Sequence record: DRR378314_1240
DNA length: 42,641 nt
Reading direction: 5' to 3' (one strand)
Position numbers and translations under genes: made by a program. The notes under the pieces were generated by a model. The model saw only the letters and a program-made list of their open reading frames with translations. It was not told where the DNA came from and made no database searches. Positions 37,980 through 42,641 of this stretch are shown piece by piece (within the stretch, counting starts at the first letter, position 1; every line of letters begins with the position of its first letter).

Positions 37980-39292
37980 GCGATCCGGGCCTCCAGTTTT
38001 GGATACCGCCATCCAAGCGTCACCCCGCGCGCGATGTTCAGAACCATTAGTGCCGCCCAAAGCCCGTGATTGCCCAGTGTTGGTACAAGCACGAACAGGG
38101 CCACCACATAGATAACAACCGACTGTATCATCGCGTTGCGCATATCGCGGGTCCAGGTCGCCCCTATGTAGATTCCATCAAACATCCAGCTTGCTACCCC
38201 GATGACCGGTGCCAGAGCGGCCCAATGCAGATACTCGCGTGCGGTCACTCGGACTTCGGGCGAAGTTGACATCAAATCAATCAGAACAGGACCGGCCAGA
38301 TAAAACACCAGCCCTAGCCCGACAGCCCCGCCAACACCCCATTGTGACGCCAGAACCGAGGCCCGCCTGACCTTCTGGCGGTCCCGCGCGCCAACAGCGC
38401 CACCCACCAATGCCTCGGCCGAGAATGCGAAGCCATCCAGCGCGAAGGCGGTTATTTCGAGAAACTGCAGCAACACCTGATTGGCCGCCAGGTTCACATC
38501 ACCCAAATCGGAACCTACAAACAGAAACGTAGTGAACGCGCCCGTCAGCAGAACCGAGCGCACCATGATATCGCCGTTTACCTGCATCATCCGACGAAGC
38601 CGGGCGAGATCAAATATCCGGGGCCAATCGCACCATTGCTTGCCGCCAAACGCATCACCACAAAGCCACAGACCCAGCGCAAGGCCTGTCCATTCGGCAA
38701 TCAGCGTCGCGATGGCGACGCCTTCAACGCCCCATCCCAGGCCAAGCACAAACCATAAATCCAGGGCGATATTCAGCCCGTTCATCCATATCTGCAGGAC
38801 AAACACGCCCCGTGTTCGTTCGACCGCAATCAGCCATCCCGTAACCGCATAAAGCGCAATTGTTGCCGGAGCCCCCCAGATGCGAATCTCGAGATAGGCG
38901 CGCGTCAGGGATTCGACTTCAGCGCTGGCAGGCGACAGCGCAAAAGCCCCCAGGAATACCCAAATCTGGGCGGCGATGAAGAACAGCCCTGCGACCCCGC
39001 CCAGCAGCAGGCCCCGCATCAGCAAAGCACCGGTTTCAGCGGTGTCCCCAGCACCGCGCGCTTGTGCCGCCAGCCCGGTCGTGCCCATTCGCAGAAAGCC
39101 GAAAATCCAGTAGATCGCCGACAGAATTACCGCCCCCATTCCGACCGCGCCGATCGGAGCAGCCAGCCCCATCTGGCCGACAACGCCCGTGTCCACCGCC
39201 CCCAGGATCGGGACGGTGGCATTGGACAACACAATCGGCAAAGCAATCTTCAGCACCCGCCTGTGCGTGAGGGGCGCGTTGGCGTGTTCCAT
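37976..39292 (-). CDS. MATE family efflux transporter (DinF-like)
   Basis: Motifs PILGAVDT, FGFLRMGTTG, LDGFA and FDGIYIG. Many TM segments. Confidence 0.92.
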   Translation of the reverse strand: MEHANAPLTHRRVLKIALPIVLSNATVPILGAVDTGVVGQMGLAAPIGAVGMGAVILSAIYWIFGFLRMGTTGLAAQARGAGDTAETGALLMRGLLLGGVAGLFFIAAQIWVFLGAFALSPASAEVESLTRAYLEIRIWGAPATIALYAVTGWLIAVERTRGVFVLQIWMNGLNIALDLWFVLGLGWGVEGVAIATLIAEWTGLALGLWLCGDAFGGKQWCDWPRIFDLARLRRMMQVNGDIMVRSVLLTGAFTTFLFVGSDLGDVNLAANQVLLQFLEITAFALDGFAFSAEALVGGAVGARDRQKVRRASVLASQWGVGGAVGLGLVFYLAGPVLIDLMSTSPEVRVTAREYLHWAALAPVIGVASWMFDGIYIGATWTRDMRNAMIQSVVIYVVALFVLVPTLGNHGLWAALMVLNIARGVTLGWRYPKLEARIA

Positions 39293-39294
39293 GC

Positions 39295-39813
39295 TCACGC
39301 CTTGGATGTCGGAGATTGCGGCATCAGGAAATGCCCGGTGCCCTGGGCAAACAGTTTGGCGTGATTGTCCTGCCATGCCTCGACCCTGACCGAAGCATAA
39401 CGACGACCCGATCGGTTGATAAAGGCACGCGCATAGGCATCACGCGGTAACCCAGACCGCAGGTAGTCGACAGTAAAATCAATTGTCTTCGGGAACCGGA
39501 TATTCTCATCCGTCAGAATATCTTCGGCACCAATCTCGCCGCTCTCGATCCTTGGGAACATATGCTCCCAACTTAGCGTGATTACAGCGGTGACTTCAAG
39601 GAACGCTGCCGTCACCCCGCCATGAATGGCGGGCAGGAACGGGTTGCCGATCAGCTTGTCATCAAAATTCAGCACTCCGGTCAGCTCATCCCCTCGCCGA
39701 TCAAAGGTGATGTTGAGGAACTGAATATACGGCACGCCTTCAACCAGCGCCGTCAGCGCGGCGTCGCGGCGTTGTTTGACCACTTGCATAGGTTCGGGAC
39801 GGGGACGCGCCAT
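39295..39813 (-). CDS. PaaI-family (hot-dog) thioesterase
   Basis: Motifs IGNPFLPAIHGG and PKTIDFTVDYLR. ATG 39813 lies just past the upstream gene stop. Confidence 0.88.
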   Translation of the reverse strand: MARPRPEPMQVVKQRRDAALTALVEGVPYIQFLNITFDRRGDELTGVLNFDDKLIGNPFLPAIHGGVTAAFLEVTAVITLSWEHMFPRIESGEIGAEDILTDENIRFPKTIDFTVDYLRSGLPRDAYARAFINRSGRRYASVRVEAWQDNHAKLFAQGTGHFLMPQSPTSKA

Positions 39814-39814
39814 C

Positions 39815-40234
39815 TCAGCGCCCTTCCACGGTAAATGCACCCGATGCGGTCGCAACCGGCCGATCCCCATCGTCATCCGTCGCCGTCGCGCGAACGAAAG
39901 CCACATTGCGGGTGATGTGATAGCACGTGGCACGGGTCCGGATGCTTTGTCCCGGTGTTGCTGCCCGCATATAATCAATGCGCAGATCAATGGTGGCCGC
40001 CCCGCCGGGCGCTGAAGGATGGCTCATCACGGCAGCGCCACAGCAGGTGTCCAGCATCGCCGAGACCGCACCGCCATGGATCACTCCGGTGCGCGGATCA
40101 CCGATCAGTTGCTCGTTATAGGGCATCGAGATTTCCGCCTCGCCCTCTCCGATATGGGTCAGATCAAGCCCCAAGGCTTTGGCGTGTGGAATCGCCTCGA
40201 TGAATTGCCGCGCTAAAACTGTCTTATCGACCAT
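39815..40234 (-). CDS. PaaI-family (hot-dog) thioesterase
   Basis: Motifs GVIHGGAVSAMLDT and ATIDLRIDYMR. Confidence 0.9.
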   Translation of the reverse strand: MVDKTVLARQFIEAIPHAKALGLDLTHIGEGEAEISMPYNEQLIGDPRTGVIHGGAVSAMLDTCCGAAVMSHPSAPGGAATIDLRIDYMRAATPGQSIRTRATCYHITRNVAFVRATATDDDGDRPVATASGAFTVEGR

Positions 40235-40351
40235 GGGGTTGGGTCCTGTTCTTGTATCTGCCCCTTTATGGGCCTGCGTTTACGCCAAGGGCAAGCCCGC
40301 CTGTTGCGCTTGCCGCAACGACGACCTAGGTTGCTGCCAAGGAGACCCCGA

Positions 40352-40720
40352 ATGTCCGACACCCGTTTGTCATTCAAAGAAATGTGCGCCGAGTTCGACG
40401 TGACCCCGCGCACCCTACGCTATTACGAATACATCGAATTGCTGCAGCCCGACCGCGAAGGCCGATCACGGTTTTACGGACCACGCGAGTGCGCGCGAAT
40501 GAAACTGATCCTGCGCGGCCGCAAGTTTGGATTTCCTCTGGAAGAGATTCGGCAGTGGCTGCTGATCTACGAAGACAAAGGCAATCAGGCACAGATGGCG
40601 ACCTTCATCGAGATGGCAGATCGCCAAATGGAAGAACTGCGCCAGCAACGCACGCAGCTGGATGAGGCGATGGATGCGCTTCAGCAATTGCGCGACCAAA
40701 CGGCTGAACTGTTAAAGTAG
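40352..40720 (+). CDS. MerR-family transcriptional regulator (LiuR-like paralogue)
   Basis: AAGGAG SD before ATG 40352. Motifs [12 protein letters not shown] and KLILRGRKFGFPLEEI. Confidence 0.9.
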   Translation: MSDTRLSFKEMCAEFDVTPRTLRYYEYIELLQPDREGRSRFYGPRECARMKLILRGRKFGFPLEEIRQWLLIYEDKGNQAQMATFIEMADRQMEELRQQRTQLDEAMDALQQLRDQTAELLK

Positions 40721-40776
40721 GCACCTTCCCTAACGGCAAGAAAATTGCCAAAACCCTCCCTTTACGCGATCGGATG

Positions 40777-40823
40777 TTACGTCAACCTGTTTGTGACGCA
40801 ACGTCCACATTACGTAAACGTCA
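40777..40823 (+). promoter_or_regulatory. Cluster of LiuR-type operator boxes
   Basis: TTACGTAAACGTCA (40810-40823) is a near-perfect TTACGT-NN-ACGTAA palindrome. Weaker copies TTACGTCAACCT (40777) and TGACGCAACGTC (40794). Upstream of a LiuR-like gene. Confidence 0.7.
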
Positions 40824-40894
40824 CTTGTGTGTTGTAAAACGCTCATCGACTGCGCAACTCAATCTGCATGACGCCAGTGATGAGAGTTTGAACC

Positions 40895-41296
40895 ATGACC
40901 GAAGATCTGCTGACCATCCGCGAGATGTGCGAGACATATGATGTCACGCCCCGCACTTTGCGGTTCTACGAGGCCAAAGAGCTTTTGTTTCCGATCCGCG
41001 AAGGCCAGAAGCGCCTGTTCACCAAACGGGACCGCGCGCGCCTGAAATTGATCCTACGCGGCAAGCGCTTTGGCTTTAGCCTCGAAGAAATCCGCCAGCT
41101 TCTGGACTTGTATCACGTGGGTGACCAGCAGCTGACCCAGATGTCCCGCACTTATGAGATCGCGTGCGAACGTCTGGCAGACATGGAATCGCGCCGCGAA
41201 GAACTGACGCAGGCCATCGACGAACTGAAAGAGCAGTTGCGCTGGGGCGAGAAAGTTATCGCCTCGATGAAACAGGAAAAGAAGGCGGCTGAATAA
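40895..41296 (+). CDS. liuR: MerR-family regulator, LiuR-like
   Basis: Motifs [10 protein letters not shown] and [20 protein letters not shown]. Upstream palindromic boxes and a downstream acyl-CoA dehydrogenase. Confidence 0.75.
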   Translation: MTEDLLTIREMCETYDVTPRTLRFYEAKELLFPIREGQKRLFTKRDRARLKLILRGKRFGFSLEEIRQLLDLYHVGDQQLTQMSRTYEIACERLADMESRREELTQAIDELKEQLRWGEKVIASMKQEKKAAE

Positions 41297-41333
41297 GGCC
41301 GACCTCCGGACATATGAATTAAGGGAGTTTCAC

Positions 41334-42641
41334 ATGCCCGTCTACAACGCGCCAACCAAAGACATGCAGTTCATTCTGCACGACGTTCTGAAAGTCTCAC
41401 AGTCGGACATCCCCGGCTATGACGAACTGGAGGCCGAATTCACCGGCGCTGTTCTGGAAGAAGCCGGCAAAGTCGCCACCAATGTTCTGCACCCGCTGAA
41501 TGTTGTGGGCGACACCGAAGGGTGCCGGTTGGAAAACGGCATTGTGTACACCCCGACTGGTTTCAAAGACGCCTTCGAGCAGATGAAAGAAGGCGGCTGG
41601 CCTGGCCTCGACATGCCGGAAGAGTATGGCGGCCAGAACATGCCCTACGTGATGGGTACTGCGGTGGGCGAGATGTTCTCGGGCGCAAACCAGGCGTTTG
41701 TAATGTACCAGGGTTTGACCCACGGCGCGGCCTCGGCGATCCTCGCCCATGGTTCGGATGAGCAAAAGAATAAGTACCTGCCCAACATGGTCAGCTGCGA
41801 GTGGACCGGCACCATGAACCTGACGGAACCGCATTGCGGCACCGATCTGGGCCTGATGCGCACCAAGGCGGAACCGCAAGGCGATGGTAGCTACAAAATC
41901 TCTGGCCAGAAAATCTTTATCTCGGCTGGCGACCACGACATGGCCAATAACATCATCCACCTGGTGCTGGCCAAAATCCCCGGCGGACCCGAGGGCATCA
42001 AAGGCGTATCGTTGTTCATCGTGCCCAAGTTCATTGTCAACGAGGACGGCACCCCGGGTGAACGCAACGGTGTTTCTGTCGGCAAGATCGAAGAAAAGAT
42101 GGGCATCCACGGCAACTCGACCTGTGTCATGAACTACGACGAGGCCACCGGCTGGCTGCTGGGCGAAGAGCACAAAGGCATGCGCGCCATGTTCACTATG
42201 ATGAACGAAGCGCGTCTGGGAGTTGGCATGCAAGGCCTGTCACAGGCCGAAGCCGCATATCAAAACGCTGTCGAATACGCCAAAGATCGTCTGCAGGGCC
42301 GCGATGTGACCGGGGCGAAGAATCCGGAAGGCCCCGCCGATCCGCTGATCGTTCACCCCGACATTCGCCGCAGTCTGATGGACCAGAAAAGCTTCACCGA
42401 GGGCGCGCGGGCCTTCATCCTGTGGGGTGCGACCATGATCGACAAGGCGCACCGTTCGGGCGACAAGGACGCGGACGGGCTGATCTCACTGCTGACGCCG
42501 GTCATCAAGGGCTTCCTGACGGACGAAGGCTACGACATGACCGTTCAGGCGCAGCAGGTTTATGGTGGCCACGGCTACATCGAAGAATGGGGCATGTCGC
42601 AATACACCCGCGATGCCCGTATCGCGATGATCTACGAAGGG
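41334..42641 (+). CDS. Acyl-CoA dehydrogenase, DmdC-like long family; 3' end outside the window
   Basis: Not in the ORF track because there is no stop in the window. AAGGGAG SD. Hand translation gives [13 protein letters not shown]...[15 protein letters not shown]...GQKIFIS...KMGIHGNST...GGHGYI...IYEG. Confidence 0.93.
   Translation, partial: MPVYNAPTKDMQFILHDVLKVSQSDIPGYDELEAEFTGAVLEEAGKVATNVLHPLNVVGDTEGCRLENGIVYTPTGFKDAFEQMKEGGWPGLDMPEEYGGQNMPYVMGTAVGEMFSGANQAFVMYQGLTHGAASAILAHGSDEQKNKYLPNMVSCEWTGTMNLTEPHCGTDLGLMRTKAEPQGDGSYKISGQKIFISAGDHDMANNIIHLVLAKIPGGPEGIKGVSLFIVPKFIVNEDGTPGERNGVSVGKIEEKMGIHGNSTCVMNYDEATGWLLGEEHKGMRAMFTMMNEARLGVGMQGLSQAEAAYQNAVEYAKDRLQGRDVTGAKNPEGPADPLIVHPDIRRSLMDQKSFTEGARAFILWGATMIDKAHRSGDKDADGLISLLTPVIKGFLTDEGYDMTVQAQQVYGGHGYIEEWGMSQYTRDARIAMIYEG

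Noticed and set aside
41314..41322. ATG-AAT-TAA micro-ORF before the acyl-CoA dehydrogenase SD
   Set aside because: Too short to distinguish from chance.
41397..42233. 278-aa minus-strand ORF
   Set aside because: Antisense shadow of the acyl-CoA dehydrogenase, with no recognisable motifs.
1..42641. CRISPR arrays, IS/transposases, integrases, prophage, tRNA/rRNA, tandem repeats
   Set aside because: None seen. The window is almost entirely filled by housekeeping-type coding sequence.

Overview
GC-rich alphaproteobacterial chromosome window; gene content and protein style suggest Rhodobacteraceae, Roseobacter/Ruegeria-like (inference). In order: an aerobic cobalamin cluster (cobN-G-H-I-J, antisense cobK, cobL-E-M-B-A-F); a DUF302-like exported protein; a ThDP enzyme coupled to a family III CoA-transferase; a TTC38-like TPR protein; opgC-opgG/D-opgH (periplasmic glucans); an exported rhodanese and esterase; a group-2 Mrp/Pha antiporter operon ending in a flavoprotein-SelD fusion that converges on selU; a TPR-sulfotransferase; a periplasmic 5'-nucleotidase; DUF952-pyrD-arsC; a MATE transporter; two PaaI thioesterases; tandem MerR/LiuR regulators with LiuR-type boxes; and an acyl-CoA dehydrogenase running off the window. 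I found no mobile element, CRISPR array, rRNA or tRNA. The most unusual observation is three unannotated 'bridge' ORFs (6531-7262, 12389-12478, 36530-36586). Each starts in an ATGA overlap with the upstream stop codon and ends on or in the next gene's start, as if carrying ribosomes across gaps in operons. Several start codons were moved from the ORF track using stop/start overlaps and Shine-Dalgarno (SD) motifs. All product calls come from motif recognition, not database searches.
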